This document shows positions 40,820 to 54,273 of a DNA stretch of 64,000 nt, one piece after another. The stretch's first letter is position 1. Each line of letters opens with the position of its first letter. Below the pieces are notes generated by a model that saw only the letters and a program-made list of their open reading frames with translations, searched no databases and had not been told where the DNA came from. Origin of the DNA: Eledone cirrhosa. Its lineage: Eukaryota. The stretch spans positions 5,704,001 to 5,768,000 of the forward strand of contig OZ024742.1 of assembly GCA_964016885.1 (NCBI GenBank). The letters run 5' to 3'. The position numbers and the translations under genes are program-made.

Positions 40820-40880
<61 letters not shown>

Positions 40881-40924
40881 ATATTTTTTGTGACAATATT
40901 TCCTTTCATAAATATTCCGTACAT

Positions 40925-41420
40925 CCACCACCATCACTACCACCACCACCACCACCACCACTACCATCACCACCACCATCACCACCACCACCACCACCAT
41001 CACCACTACTAACACCACCACCACCACCACCACCACTAACACCACCACCACCACCACTAACACCACCACCACCATCACCACTACCACCACCACCATCACC
41101 ACTACTAACACCACCACCACCACCACCACTAACACCACCACCACCACCACTAACACCACCACCATCACCACTACCACCATCATCACCACCACCACAACAA
41201 CCACCACCACCACCATCACTACCACCACCACAACCACCACCACCACCAACACCACCACCACTAACACCACCACCATCACACCACCACTACCACCACACAC
41301 CACAACTCCTACCACCACCACCACTACCACCTCCACCACCACCACCACCATCACTACCAGGACAACCACTACTTCAACCACCCCCACCCCCACCACCAGA
41401 ACCACCACTACTACCACCCA
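40925..41420. repeat. Degenerate (CAC)n microsatellite
   Basis: CAC/CAT/TAC/TAA triplets; source of the spurious poly-Val ORF. Confidence 0.92.
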
Positions 41421-41845
41421 TAAAACGACATCCATTTCCTACGGTGTCAGAAAATAAGATGGAAATTTAAGGGAGATAACTTTTATGAGCTTAACATGAA
41501 AAAGCTTGAGGTTTCAGAACGAAATTGTCAGTTACTTCCCACTTTAGGAAGTGTTTGCTGCAATAACAAACAAACAAATAAAACAAACAACAACAACAAC
41601 AACGGCAACAACAACAACAGCGACAACAATAACAGCAGCAACAACAACAGCGACAACAACAAAACGGAAAGGCCGGTAGGAATGAGATAATAAAAAGTAA
41701 AAGCAGAGGACATTAAAAATGAATGCTTCCCAGAGGAATTGACTAATTCAAACGAAAAAATATTTGTGTTATAATAGTATAAATAACATAAAAGAAACTA
41801 TTCTCTCTCTCTCTCTCCCTCTTTCAGTCTCTCTCTCACTCTTTC

Positions 41846-41877
<32 letters not shown>

Positions 41878-42563
41878 AAGATCTGTCCCAGATGCGTGTG
41901 CGACGAGGAAACCGTTGCACACGCATTGGTACACTGCTCGGGCGTAGCCGATCTGTGGGGCTATGTCGAACAACTGCTGTCAAGGGTGGGACCGATCCGG
42001 TTGACCACCGAGTCTATTGTAATGATCAAGCCGCCTCCCCCCTTCAAAGATGAAGCAGAGGCGGTGTTTCTGTGCGTAATAGCCATGGCGAAAGAGGTTG
42101 TATGGTGGACGCGTCTGAAAGGACTGAGGTCAGGCACCTTTCTCTCTGGCCAACAACTGGTCCGTTTCTTCCGATTTCATTTCGGAAGAAGGATCAGGAT
42201 GGAGAGAGAGGTGCTGCACCCCAGTCGTTTTTATGAAAGGTGGGTGAAAGTGGCGAGAATGGCCCGTGTGAATGGGCCTTCTCTTTACATAAGCCTGTAG
42301 GTGGAAAAGAGGAAGGAACGAGGGAGCACCCCCTCTCTGTGCTCCTGAGGAAAAGGGTCGCACACTTTTTTCGGGGGTGTGTGCGACCCCCCAAGGCGCC
42401 TCCTCTCTATTGAGGATTTTGTTAAAAATTTTATTTTTTGTTATATCTTATTTTATTTTTATATTTTGTTATTGCCTCCTCCTTATTGAGGACGCCTTTT
42501 TGTGTAAACTCCCCCCTTTGTACTTGTCCCACTTTTGATGCCCTAGTGGCAAATAAAAGAAAC
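41878..42563 (+). mobile_element. 5'-truncated Tx1-clade element (ORF2 C-terminus plus 3' UTR) inside (TATC)n
   Basis: CPRCVCDEETVAHALVHC...AKEVVWWTRLKGL...ERWVKVARMARV is homologous to copies A and B. It ends CCCTAGTGGCAAATAAAAGAAAC, with (CTAT)n on both sides. Confidence 0.88.
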
Positions 42564-42632
<69 letters not shown>

Positions 42633-42688
42633 CTGGCATGTGTCTTTGTATTGTTCCCTTTTCTTGTGCGCCCTTGTGGCAAATAAAG

Positions 42689-42732
<44 letters not shown>

Positions 42733-42796
42733 ATATATATATATACCTACCTCTAGTGTCCCCTTTTCTTGTGCGCCCTTGTGGCAAATAAAGAAA
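42633..42796 (+). mobile_element. Two very short Tx1 3'-terminal fragments (42633-42691 and 42756-42796)
   Basis: Both end CCCTTTTCTTGTGCGCCCTTGTGGCAAATAAAGAAA and are followed by TC/TATC-type repeats. Confidence 0.8.
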
Positions 42797-42854
42797 TATA
42801 TCTACCTACCTCTATCTATCTCTCTCTCTCTCTATCTCTCTATCTCTCAATAAA

Positions 42855-42942
<88 letters not shown>

Positions 42943-42943
<1 letters not shown>

Positions 42944-43480
42944 TCCAAGAGGATGTGTCCAAGATGCGGGCAGGACATTGAAACCGTCTTGCACGCATTG
43001 TACACTGCCCGGGCGTAGGCAACCTGTGGAACTATGCAGAACAACTGCTGTCGCGTATGGGACAAATCCAGTTGACTGCCGAGTCCATAGTAAGGATCAA
43101 ACCGCCAGCCTCTTTCAAAAACGAAAGAGAGGCGGTTTGTGGCTCTGGTGAAAGAGGTTATATGGTGAACGAGGTTGAGAGGACTGAGGGCAGATGCCTT
43201 TCTCTCCGGACAACAATTGATTCCCTTCTTTAAGTATCACTTTAGAAGGAGAATCAGAGTGGGGAGAGAGGCACTGCACTCCAGTAAATTTACTGAAAGG
43301 TGGGTGAATAAAGCGAAAATGGCCCGAGTGATTGGGCCTTCTCTGTTTATAAGCCTGTAGGTTAAAGAAGAGAGCAAAAGGAAGAAGGAAGCACTTGCAC
43401 AACACGCTCCTGAAGTTGAGGGTTGTTCTATCGACGGGGTATTAAACAACCCATTTGTGGGGCTTCCCCCCTATTGGGGT
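42943..43480 (+). mobile_element. Another truncated Tx1-clade ORF2 C-terminus and 3' UTR fragment
   Basis: Begins after (TATC)n with the CPRC region; contains FLSGQQLIPFFKYHFRRRIRV..ERWVNKAKMARV. The terminal motif is missing. Confidence 0.8.
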
Positions 43481-43884
43481 AAAAATGCTCTTAAGCTTGT
43501 CAAACTTTTAACTAAAATGAATGGTTCTGATATGTAAATCTATTGTATATTAAGATCATGCTATGATTAACCTATAATTCTACATTAGCATGGGGGCCAA
43601 GGATTAGACTGAAGCCAGTGATATTGTTGGATTATATCCATTATTTAAAATAAAATCCAAATTACCCCAATTTAAAGAGGGTCTTTATAAAGAAGGTAGT
43701 CTTCTTACTGTAAGGAAGCTGTCAACAGGTTGACACATGAGGCCATGCACATACTCGCACATTCCATCAATTGAAGGTTTGGCGAAATATAACCAGACAG
43801 TGTAAGCAAAGAACGTATGAAATCCCTTCATGAACAACACACAAATAAAACCCTTAAATTTCTGGCATTATTATTGTAATCATT

Positions 43885-44110
43885 GGGCGGTGGATTGGCA
43901 GTATCGGTAGAGGGTCGGACGCCATGCTTTGACGCATAGAGTTACGGCCCTTGCCATTCTGAGATCAAATCCCACCGAGGTTAACTGTGCCTTTCATCCT
44001 TACGGGGTCGATAAAATAAAGTACAAGTCACGCACTGGGGTCGATTTAATCGACTTTCCCCTCCCCCCCAAAAAATTGCTGGCCTTGTGCCTATATAAGA
44101 AACAATTATT
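43885..44110 (+). mobile_element. tRNA-derived SINE, near full length
   Basis: GGGCGGTGGATTGGCAGTATCGGTAG (A-box region), GAGATCAAATCCC (B-box variant), shared core and tail. Confidence 0.85.
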
Positions 44111-44135
44111 TTTGCTAAAATATACAAAAAGAGAA

Positions 44136-44386
<251 letters not shown>

Positions 44387-44590
44387 TCGTTTCTGAATTT
44401 GTTTAGCAAGATTCTTTATCTGAAATCGTGTGTTGAAACCGATATTGTTATACTTTGGGAGGGTCATGTTGCCAATAAGAAACACACGCACCAGTTGCTT
44501 TCACTTCAATTTAATTTATTATATATTTATAAATTTACAAATTTATAAATTTCTGGTTGGTTGGTTGGTTCCACAACCAGATAGTTGTTT
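44387..44590. repeat. Unclassified ~190-bp dispersed repeat flanked by (TA)n
   Basis: Near-identical copy at 61698-61878, inverted copy at 61875-62010, and a diverged inverted copy at ~54730-54861. Confidence 0.8.
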
Positions 44591-44602
44591 ATATATATAT
44601 AT

Positions 44603-44647
44603 AGTCATAGTTCTTTCGTCACACACTCTGTGACCTCTTCAGTGACT
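44603..44647 (-). ncRNA. Type I hammerhead ribozyme motif in the Neptune-like 3' pLTR
   Basis: The minus strand reads AGTCA-CTGAAGA-G-GTCACA.GAGTG.TGTGAC-GAAAG.AA.CTA-TGACT; stems I and II are perfect. Confidence 0.8.
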
Positions 44648-44958
44648 GGGGATTTCTTTCTTCGTTTCTGTGCCTTTCCTTTCTTCTATCCTACGCCATT
44701 TTGTTTGTGTGTGGGTTGCGTGCTCCGTTTGCGCATGCGCCACATCCGGGTGTCTGTGTGTGTTTGTGTTCATTTTTCTATTTTTCTATTTATATTTTTC
44801 TATTTGTTTGTTTATTTATTTATTTATTGTTGGTTGGTTGTATGGTTGTTTGTTCTATGTGTGTGTGTGTTTTCATTTTGTCTTGTGTGTTTTCATTTTG
44901 TGTGTGTTTTCAATTGTAAGTTGTTTGTTCTATGTGTGTGTGTGTTTTCATTTTGTCC

Positions 44959-47115
44959 TTAATTGTAAGTTGTGATGTTGCTGTTCCACTCATATTTTCT
45001 ATTTAATTTTGGTTTTAATTCTTTTATGCTTACTGCCTCTGTAATTTGCCTAAACATTGCGTCTTTCTTGTGTGTAGATTCTATTTTTATTTCTATGCTC
45101 TCTAATTTACCCCTGTGTTCTATCTTAGCATGTTGGTAGAGCACAGATGATTCTTTATTATCTTGGAGGTCTCGCCAGTGTTCATTTATTCGTTCCCCTA
45201 TACTACGAGCTGTCTCACCTATGTACACTATATTTTTGTTTCTACATTGTCCTTCAGTACATCTTATGCTATATACTACATTTCTAGTTTTACAGTTAAT
45301 ATGGGGGCTTATTTTACAGGTTATACATTTCTTATCTATACATGAGGGTCTTTGGAACGGGTATGTCTTGCTAATAAGTGTTTTTACGGAGGTACCAGGT
45401 CTTTCTACTATCTTAATATTGAGATTATGTTTCTTTAGGGCCCTTCTAAATTTGTAGGCTAGTTCGCCTCTAGGGGTTGTATTGATGAACATTACACTCT
45501 GGTATTTATTGCTATCATACCATGAGTTTATTCTATTGGCCTTGTTCTTAGTTCTTTCTATTCTATTCCAAAATTTGCTCCTATACAAGGGGCAGGTCCC
45601 ATTTATGTCATTATTTACCATTTTTTCCCATTTGGTTCTGGCTCCTTTATACACTCTGATTCTATCTCTCTGATTGTAGCCAGAGAACTGCATACGGTGG
45701 ATGAAGTGTTGTATGTGTCTCTCTAGTTCTTCGGGGTTGCACATGCGGGACACATTTCTCATCACCCGTACCAAATCCGCAATCAGTATGTTGATTTTGG
45801 TATGGTCCGAAATGGCCGAGTTTCGGTGGATCAGATGTTTGGAAGTCATGGGTTTGGCATAATGGGAATGGAGGATTTGTTTTTGGTTGTTAATTGTATC
45901 TAACCAGAGCTCTGTGTCTAGTACAGGTAATCGATGGTTGGGGTGTCTACTTGGGTAGTCTATAGTAACTCTAATGCTCTGGTGGATGGAGTTTGCTATT
46001 TGCTGGATGCTTTCCATTGTGTTTTTCTCTAGTTCCTGACTGTTCTTTAGTGGGGGTGTCTTAACTACGATGTTTATATCATCTACGTAGCGGGAGTACA
46101 TTATCAGGGTTAAGCTGTCTTCTAATTGTTCATTAAGTTTTTGTTTAAGTCTACTGTCCCACCATACCATGAATAAGTTAGCTATGTCGCCTGCAATGCT
46201 AACACCAATGGCTGCTCCTTCCTCTTGGGCATATGTTTTACCATTAAATTTGAACATATGTTCCTTAAGGGTTAATTTTATGCTGGCCCCTACCGCATGT
46301 GCAATCATTTTCTTCAGTTCATCGTGGTTTTCGGGTGTCCGTATGGCTCTGGTCCACCCGTTCCATCTATCTGTGTGGGTTTTCTTGGCCATTGAGGTAA
46401 TGGTAGGTGGTCTGCCTCTTGCTGGTCTTGTAGGGCACAGGTTGCTAAGGTCATAAGTGTCTAGGTAACTATTACTATGGGTAAGCTTAAGTAGAAGTCC
46501 CAGCTCACTGGTATCAATCCCACGGAACTCAACCTTGCTCTCGCTGATCATTTCGATGCATTTCTCCACAGCAAAATCCACGTCAATAGATGGATACAGG
46601 GACACAACATCCATACTGCCTATTATGCAGTTTGTTAGGTCCCCAGATCGGTTACCCGCACCGATTCTGCTGAGGAGGTCCTCCGTGCTGTCACACACAT
46701 CTGGGGACATCTCAATGATGGGGCGTATGATCAGGGAGAGGAAGTAGGACAGTCTGTAGTTACTAGCAATGTTAGCCCCACAGACTGGCCGTGTTGGTGG
46801 TCCCGCGGCAGGGTCCCAGCCCGTTTTATGGTCTTTTCGAAGCCCGTACAACGCCGGCACGTCATTGTTCCAGGCCTGGAAGTTGTTGGCAGTCCTTTTG
46901 TTGGGCTGCATTATATTTGTCCACATCACCATATGGGCATTGAGGGTTTTTTCTCTATCCTCATGCTCCTGTGGTGTTACCTCTCTTGTGTTAGTGATGT
47001 GGGGTTGCATTGCCTGGATGTAGTTTGGCAGGCTGTCAACCGACATTCTGCCAGACTTGTCTGTTGGAAAGCATGCTATCTCTCCATTACGTGAGCGCTG
47101 CATGAGCTTACGCAA
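44959..47115 (-). CDS. Penelope-type reverse transcriptase plus GIY-YIG endonuclease (718 aa, uninterrupted, N-terminus missing)
   Basis: Motifs [46 protein letters not shown]; Cys linker CIDKKCITC; [29 protein letters not shown]. Confidence 0.9.
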   Translation of the reverse strand: MRKLMQRSRNGEIACFPTDKSGRMSVDSLPNYIQAMQPHITNTREVTPQEHEDREKTLNAHMVMWTNIMQPNKRTANNFQAWNNDVPALYGLRKDHKTGWDPAAGPPTRPVCGANIASNYRLSYFLSLIIRPIIEMSPDVCDSTEDLLSRIGAGNRSGDLTNCIIGSMDVVSLYPSIDVDFAVEKCIEMISESKVEFRGIDTSELGLLLKLTHSNSYLDTYDLSNLCPTRPARGRPPTITSMAKKTHTDRWNGWTRAIRTPENHDELKKMIAHAVGASIKLTLKEHMFKFNGKTYAQEEGAAIGVSIAGDIANLFMVWWDSRLKQKLNEQLEDSLTLIMYSRYVDDINIVVKTPPLKNSQELEKNTMESIQQIANSIHQSIRVTIDYPSRHPNHRLPVLDTELWLDTINNQKQILHSHYAKPMTSKHLIHRNSAISDHTKINILIADLVRVMRNVSRMCNPEELERHIQHFIHRMQFSGYNQRDRIRVYKGARTKWEKMVNNDINGTCPLYRSKFWNRIERTKNKANRINSWYDSNKYQSVMFINTTPRGELAYKFRRALKKHNLNIKIVERPGTSVKTLISKTYPFQRPSCIDKKCITCKISPHINCKTRNVVYSIRCTEGQCRNKNIVYIGETARSIGERINEHWRDLQDNKESSVLYQHAKIEHRGKLESIEIKIESTHKKDAMFRQITEAVSIKELKPKLNRKYEWNSNITTYN

Positions 47116-47243
47116 GCCATTTGCAGATTCTTCTCCCAGTTGCTGGGCCTCTATTCTATTATGCTTCTTGCTATACTGTTCTATAATATTTCTATATATA
47201 TATATATATGCATATATTTATATATATGCATATATACATATAT

Positions 47244-47308
<65 letters not shown>

Positions 47309-47434
47309 AAAGTTCTATTTAAATTGTTGGGATACAACAAGCAAATATTATTATAACTGATATAAAGCACTCGACAAATATTTGGAGTAGATATACAATA
47401 TTAATAATGGAAACTATATTTATAAAACCATATT

Positions 47435-47499
47435 TATTTCATTATGTATATTTCAAGGATACCAAGTTAAATCATGGTATGCCTTCATCAGACAAAATA
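47435..47499 (-). ncRNA. Hammerhead ribozyme motif in the Naiad pLTR
   Basis: TATTTTGT-CTGATGA-AGGCATACCA..TGGTATCCTT-GAAAT.ATAC.ATA-ATGAAATA. Confidence 0.7.
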
Positions 47500-48487
47500 C
47501 AATATATAACAGTTTTACAAATAGATATTGACGTACTCTTTCAAAAAGGTGACCGTTGTTTTTGGAGGCCATCCGGATAGTGGTTTGTTTACTTTAGTAA
47601 GTCATAGTGTTAAGAGTAAGTAAAAAGATGGAGAGAGAGAAACGTGGAGAAACGTGGAGAAAAGAAAGGGAAAGATAGATAAAGAAAAATGAAGAAAGCA
47701 AAAAGAAAAGAGAAAAAAAAAAAATAAAATAAAAAAAAATAAAAAATAATAAAAAATAATAATAATAAAAAAAAATAATAATAAAAATAAATAAATAAAT
47801 AAATAAAAAATAAAAAATAAAAAATAAAAAATAAAAAATAAAAAATAAAAAATAAAAAATAAAAAATAAAAAATAAAAAATAAAAAATAAAAAATAAAAT
47901 GAATATAATATAAAAATAAATTAAATGAATCTAATAAAAAAAATAAAAATAGAAATAAAATATAACTTAAAAAACAGGATTCTACAGATATCAATATATT
48001 AAAAAATATTTAAAAAAAAAAAATAAAATTAAAAAAAATTTTTTTTTTAAATCCTTAAAAAAAATCCCTAAAAAATAAAAAAAAAATTTGTTTGTATTAA
48101 AAAATAACTAAAAAAAAAAAATTTCTTAAAAATTTTTTTTCAAAAAATCGTTAAAAAAAAATCGTTAAAAAAATGTAAAAAAAAATTTTTTTTTTAAATT
48201 TAAAAAAAATTTTTTTTTAAATTTAAAAAAAAATCTTTAAAAATTTTAAAATATTATAGAATATTTTAAGCTAAAATAATATGTTTAGTATAGAAATTTA
48301 TCTTACGTATATTTTATTCAAGATATTGAAAGGATAAACTTTTCTAGAATAGTTTATTATATTTATAATTATATTTATGAAGAAAATTTATACTTGGGTA
48401 CTTAACCGAAGAAAATGAAAAAGGTGAAGGAATCTAATGATTTATCGACAGGTTTCGTATAATAACTAAATTATTTAATTAATTAAA

Positions 48488-50709
48488 CTACATTTTAAAT
48501 TTATATTTATATTTAAACGTTGAGTTCAATGTATGTCTGCAGCAACTGAATAAATTATTCCTTAAATTAAGGGAATTTTTGGTCTTTAATATAAAAAATA
48601 TTTCCTCTATACAAAGATCACAATTTTCAGAAGAGGAATTAAAAGGAGTAGCTTCTGAAATAATATTCCAAATCAGCGAATATTCAACATTATCTCCTTT
48701 TAGGTCCCATAATAGGCTAGATAGCGAAGTTGAAGCTTTTTGTTTGGATCTGTAAAATAATTTTTATGATTATTGAAGCGGGATTTAAATTCTGTAGAGG
48801 TAGAACCGACATAGTTAAATGAATTTAAATTAGTTTTAACATTACAATTATAAACTACATTTTTAGCTAAGCAGTTGTTATTTAACGGACAGTTGGATTT
48901 ATTTCTACAGTTACAGTTATTCGATTGAATATTGCTTGGGTTATTATTGGTATTTTGGTTAGGTTTTAAATTTCTATTATTAATTCTATTAATATTTTGC
49001 GCTAAATTTTTGGTGGAAGAGTAAGTTAATTTTATAGTATGTCTATTAAAAATTGAGTAATATTTATGTGTTCTAGGGAATCGTTTGTCAAGAGCTTTAA
49101 AGAATGGTTTAACAATAGTGGTTTTAATATTTAGTGAGAAAGGAGGAGCGAACCATAATATATTCCTAGTTCTATTTCTTTTTCGGCTTTCGGAGTTATT
49201 GTAATATTTTCTATTATAGTTGTTGAAATTGTTACCATAATTAAAGTTGTTATTATTTTGGTTATTTTGTATATTATTATTATTATCGATGTATTTAATT
49301 TTATTTCTATACCCAGCTCTACCTAACGCTTCGTTGTAATAATGCGCTTTTTCATCAAATATATTCTTATTAGATGAAATTCTTGAAATTCGTTCTTGAA
49401 CCGAGTTCACTATAGTATTTTTAACGGATCTGGGGGTGATTAGAGTTAAAATTGACATAATTTAAGTTCTCATTTAGTTTGTGAAATGGATAATGAAGAC
49501 ATGTATTTAGATTTAGTGTTACATCTAGAAAATTGACTATTTTATGGTTATTCTCTATTTCTACTTTTAGATTAAGGTAACTAAAAAATTGTATAATTTG
49601 TTTTCTTTTTCTATTTAGTTCACAGCTATTATTTTCTGTAAGTAAAAGCATGTCGTCACGATATAAGCCTCCGGTTACCCCTGGTATTTTTCTATGTAGA
49701 GAATTAATTATAAAAAGGCCCACAAGGTCCGTTACCTGAGCTGAGTCTGAAGATCCCATAGTTATGTCGAAATTATTATTTCTATCTGCCCTAGTTCAGA
49801 GTTGGTTATTAAATTCTAATGTTTTCCGTGCCGATAATATAATGTGCATTTCATTGCTAGTTAGGTCTGTATGTTTAAATGCGTAAGTTAGTGCCTTATT
49901 CAGTAGATTAGGAGTGATAGATGAGTAGTAGTTAGCAATATCCAACTGAATAAACTTATTATTATAGTTATATTTAATTTCTTTAAACCAATCGATAACC
50001 TCACTAGTCCCTTTCCATAATTTTAAGTAAGATAAATTAGGTACATTCTTAATTTGTATTATTCTATCTAGAATATTTTTGCTAAGTCTGCCCAGGTCAG
50101 ATTTAGATGGTGCAATTAATCTGACTGGTAAATCATTTTCAAAGTTTCTTTTATGATCCTTCATATTGATCTTAGGTTTCCTTGGCATGAAGTGTTGTGT
50201 TTTATTTTCAATGTCTAGTTCATGCATTATACAAGAGGCATCTGTATTCAGTTTTTCAAGTTCATCCTTATTTGCTACTTTATATTTCTTCCTTAGTTCC
50301 TTCAATATAAGGTCGTTATAAATGTCCTTTAGTATTCCGTAAAGATTATTAGTTTTGTCCGACTTGACTAGAATTTTCTCCGTTTTCTCCAAGTTTTCAA
50401 TCTTATCCTTAATATCTCTTAAGTAATCTTGGCCTTTGAAGTTGTTTTTGAATTTGATGCTTTGGATGATATATATGATATCATTTTCAAAATCCATTAG
50501 TAGTTTGTTGGGGGGTGGATTTTTTTAGATTTGAAGATGTTATCCAGATTTGAAACATTTTCATTTAGATTAGATTTATCGAAGTGGAAAGCACGCCACC
50601 TAATTCTTCTTATAAAGGAGTCTGATTTTTCTATTAATTGTTTAATAAAATCTTTATTCCTAGGTAGAGGTATGTCTTTTAGAGAAGAAGAGATCTTAAA
50701 GAATTCCAT
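48488..50709 (-). pseudogene. Naiad-type RT-GIY-YIG polyprotein, frameshifted
   Basis: SLKDIPLP..LIEKSDSFIRRIRWRA, KSDKTNN, KDHK, QLDIANYYSSI, LYRDD, VNFLDVTLNL, ILWFAPPFS, CNCRNKSNCPLNNNC, YVGST..FKSRFNNH. Manual translation of the last frame gives CDLCIEE..LN..CCRH and a stop at 48488. Confidence 0.88.
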
Positions 50710-50887
50710 TTTTCAGTTATAATGTAAAGCGCTCAACAATACAGGAGCAGAGTATATGCAAAAGTTCTATTTAAATTGTTGGGATACAACAAGCAAATAT
50801 TATTATAACTGATATAAAGCACTCGACAAATATTTGGAGTAGATATACAATATTAATAAATGGAAACTATATTTATAAAACCATATT

Positions 50888-50952
50888 TATTTCATTATAT
50901 ATATTTCAAGGATACCAAGTTATATCATGGTATGCATTCATCAGACAAAATA
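50888..50952 (-). ncRNA. Hammerhead ribozyme motif, second pLTR copy
   Basis: Same motif as 47435-47499, about 180 nt upstream of the ORF start. Confidence 0.68.
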
Positions 50953-53900
50953 CAATATATAACAGTTTTACAAATAGATATTGACGTACCCTTTCAAAAA
51001 GGTGACCGTTGTTTTTGGAGGCCATCCGGATAGTGGTTTGTTTACTTTAGTAAGTCATAGTGTTAAGAGTAAGTAGAAAGATGGAGAGAGAGAGAGAGAG
51101 AGAAACGTGGAGAAACGTGGAGAAAAGAAAGGGAAAGATAGATAAAGATAAAGAAGAAAGCAAAAAGAAAAGAGAACAGAGGAAAATAACGGGGAGATAT
51201 CAAAACATCAGACAGAGAAAGAACTCAAGAGAGAGATATGTAGAGATAGAGAGAGGGGGGAGAGAACGAAAACCTTAAGTTATGTCATATTAAGTTGAGT
51301 TAACAATTGAGATGAAATGAATAAATAAAATTAGAAATATTAATATTCGTGAATGGAATATAGATATATAATATGAGAAATTACACATTGTTTAATTATG
51401 ATTATATATTTAGTTTAAAAATTGAGATCAATATATTAAAAATTGGAATTTAAACATTATAAAATATATATATTGCTAGAGAGATTATCTATCGTATATC
51501 ACATACACATAGGCAAAGGTGGATAAATATATATATATACTCACTCACTCAGAAAATACACATTATATCTACTCCCACACATAATGTATACATACAAAGC
51601 ATAAGTGATTTTTTATTTATTGCTATACACTCCTTGTGTTATTAATTAAAAACATTTAGTATATATAAATATATAGGATTAACTTTTCGGCTGTTAAATT
51701 ATGCATATCTGCAATCAAAAGCTGCATGTGTAAGCCTGTACATTCACACCCATAATTCTTAGCTATACATGAATAGATATGTGTGTGTATCTTCAATTGG
51801 TATACACGCGTCACTCATGCATATATACAGACAGACATATAATCACCCCCCCCCCAAAAAAAAAAACCCATAACACATGTATATGTATGTCAACACACAC
51901 ATATAGATACATAAGCCGTACATAGACATAACTATACATCAATATATAACATAGTACAATTGAGTATATAAAATACAAAAGGATTATATTTTGTAAATAT
52001 AATTATATCAATATAACTTAAAAGGCAAACGAATTCTACAAACATCAAAATACTAAAATATCCCAAAATATTATAGAATATTTCAAGTTAAAATAATATG
52101 TTTAATATATTTAGCATAGAAATTTATCTTACGTATATTTTAATCAAGACATTGAAAGGACAAACTTTTGAAAATTTGAGAAGCTATCAGAATAAAAAAA
52201 AATAAATAAATAAATAAATCTAATAAAAATTATGAGAAGCTATCAGAATAAAAACAAATCTAATAAAAAATAAAAAATAAAAAATAAAAAATAAAAAATA
52301 AAAAATAAAAAATAAAAAATAAAAAATAAAAAATAAAAAATAAAAAATAAAATGACTCTAATAAAAAAATAAATAAAATAAATCTAATAAAAAAATAAAA
52401 ATAGAAATAAAATATTATAACTTAAAAAACAGGAATCTACAGATATCAATATATTAAAAAATATTAAAATATTAAAAAATATTAAAATATTAAAAAATAA
52501 ATTAAAAAAAAAATTTCTTAAAAAATTTTTTTCAAAAAATCGTTAAAAAAAAATCGTTAAAAAAATGTAAAAAAAAATTTTTTTTTTTAAATTTAAAAAA
52601 ATTTTTTTTTTAAATTTAAAAAAAAATCTTTAAAAATGTTAAAATATTATAGAATATTTTAAGCTAAAATAATATGTTTAGTATAGAAATTTATCTTACG
52701 TATATTTTATTCAAGATATTGAAAGGATAAACTTTTCTAGAATAGTTTATTATATTTATAATTATATTTATGAAGAAAATTTATACTTGGGTACTTAACC
52801 AAAGAAAATGAAAAAGGTAAAGGAATCTAATGATTTATCGACAGGTTTCGTATATTAACTAAATTATTTAATTAATTAAACTACATTTTAAATTTATATT
52901 TATATTTAAACGTTGAGTTCAATCTATGTCTGCAGCAACTGAATAAATTATTCCTTAAATTAAGGGAATTTTTGGTCTTTAATATAAAAAATATTTCCTC
53001 TATACAAAGATCACAATTTTCAGAAGAGGAATTAAAAGGAGTAGCTTTTGAAATAATATTCCAAATCAGCGAATATTCAACATTATCTCCTTTTAGGTCC
53101 CATAATAGGCTAGATAGCGAAATTGAAGATTTTTTGTTTGGATCTGTAAAATAATTTTTATGATTATTGAAGCGGGATTTAAATTCTGTAGAGGTAGAAC
53201 CGACATAGTTAAATGAATTTAAATTATTTTTAACATTACAATTATGAACTACATTTTTAGCTAAGCAGTTGTTATTTAACGGACAGTTGGATTTATTTCT
53301 ACAGTTACAGTTATTCGATTGAATATTGCTTGGGTTATTATTGGTATTTTGGTTAGGTTTTAAATTTCTATTATTAATTTTATTAATATTTTGCGCTAAA
53401 TTTTTGGTGGAAGAGTAAGTTAATTTTATAGTATGTCTATTAAAAATTGAGTAATATTTATGTGTTCTAGGGAATCGTTTGTCAAGAGCTTTAAAGAATA
53501 GTTTAGCAATAGTGGTTTTAATATTTAGTGAGAAAGGAGGAGCGAACCATAATATATTCCTAGTTCTATTTCTTTTTCGGCTTTCGGAGTTATTGTAATA
53601 TTTTCTATTATAGTTGTTGAAATTGTTACTATAATTAAAGTTGTTATTATTTTGGTTATTTTGTATATTATTATTATTATTATCGATGTATTTAATTTTA
53701 TTTCTATACCCAGCTCTACCTAACGCTTCGTTGTAATAATGCGCTTTTTCATCAAATATATATCAAATATATATCTATATTCCATTCACAAATATTAATA
53801 TTTCTAATTTCATTTATTCATTTCATCTCAATTGTTAACTCAACTTAATATGACATAACTTAAGGTTTTCGTTCTCAACCCCCTCTCTCTATCTCTACAT

Positions 53901-54180
53901 ATCTCTCTCTTGAGTTCTTTCTCTGTCTGATGTTTTGATATCTCCCCGTTAATTTTCCTCTGTTCTCTTTTCTTTTTGCTTTCTTCTTTTTCTTTATCTA
54001 TCTTTCCCTTTCTTTTCTCCACGTTTCTCCACGTTTCTCTCTCTCTCTCTCCATCTTTTTACTTACTCTTAACACTATGACTTACTAAAGTAAACAAACC
54101 ACTATCCGGATGGCCTCCAAAAACAACGGTCACCTTTTTGAAAGGGTACGTCAAATCTATTTGTAAAACTGTTTGTAAAA

Positions 54181-54237
54181 CTGATGAAGGCATACCATGA
54201 TTTAATTTGGTATCCTTGAAAAATATATAATGAAATA
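54181..54237 (+). ncRNA. Hammerhead core in the inverted pLTR copy (5' arm of stem I lost)
   Basis: CTGATGAAGGCATACCA..TGGTATCCTTGAAA; the upstream arm is replaced by a TTGTAAAACTG duplication. Confidence 0.5.
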
Positions 54238-54273
54238 AATATGGTTTTATAAATATAGTTTCCATTTATTAAT

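Larger units (their letters stand above)
44601..47190 (-). mobile_element. Penelope-like retroelement (Neptune-like), 5'-truncated, flanked by (TA)n
   Basis: RT-GIY-YIG ORF followed by a 3' UTR that contains a hammerhead; both ends lie in (TA)n. Confidence 0.9.

Noticed and set aside
48430-48500. Possible hammerhead (GAAACCTGTC on the minus strand) after the Naiad stop codon
   Set aside because: No CTGANGA core or stem I partner was found.
51176-52255. Intron explaining the length difference between the two Naiad UTR copies
   Set aside because: No GT-AG boundaries were seen at the breakpoints, which lie in A-rich tracts.
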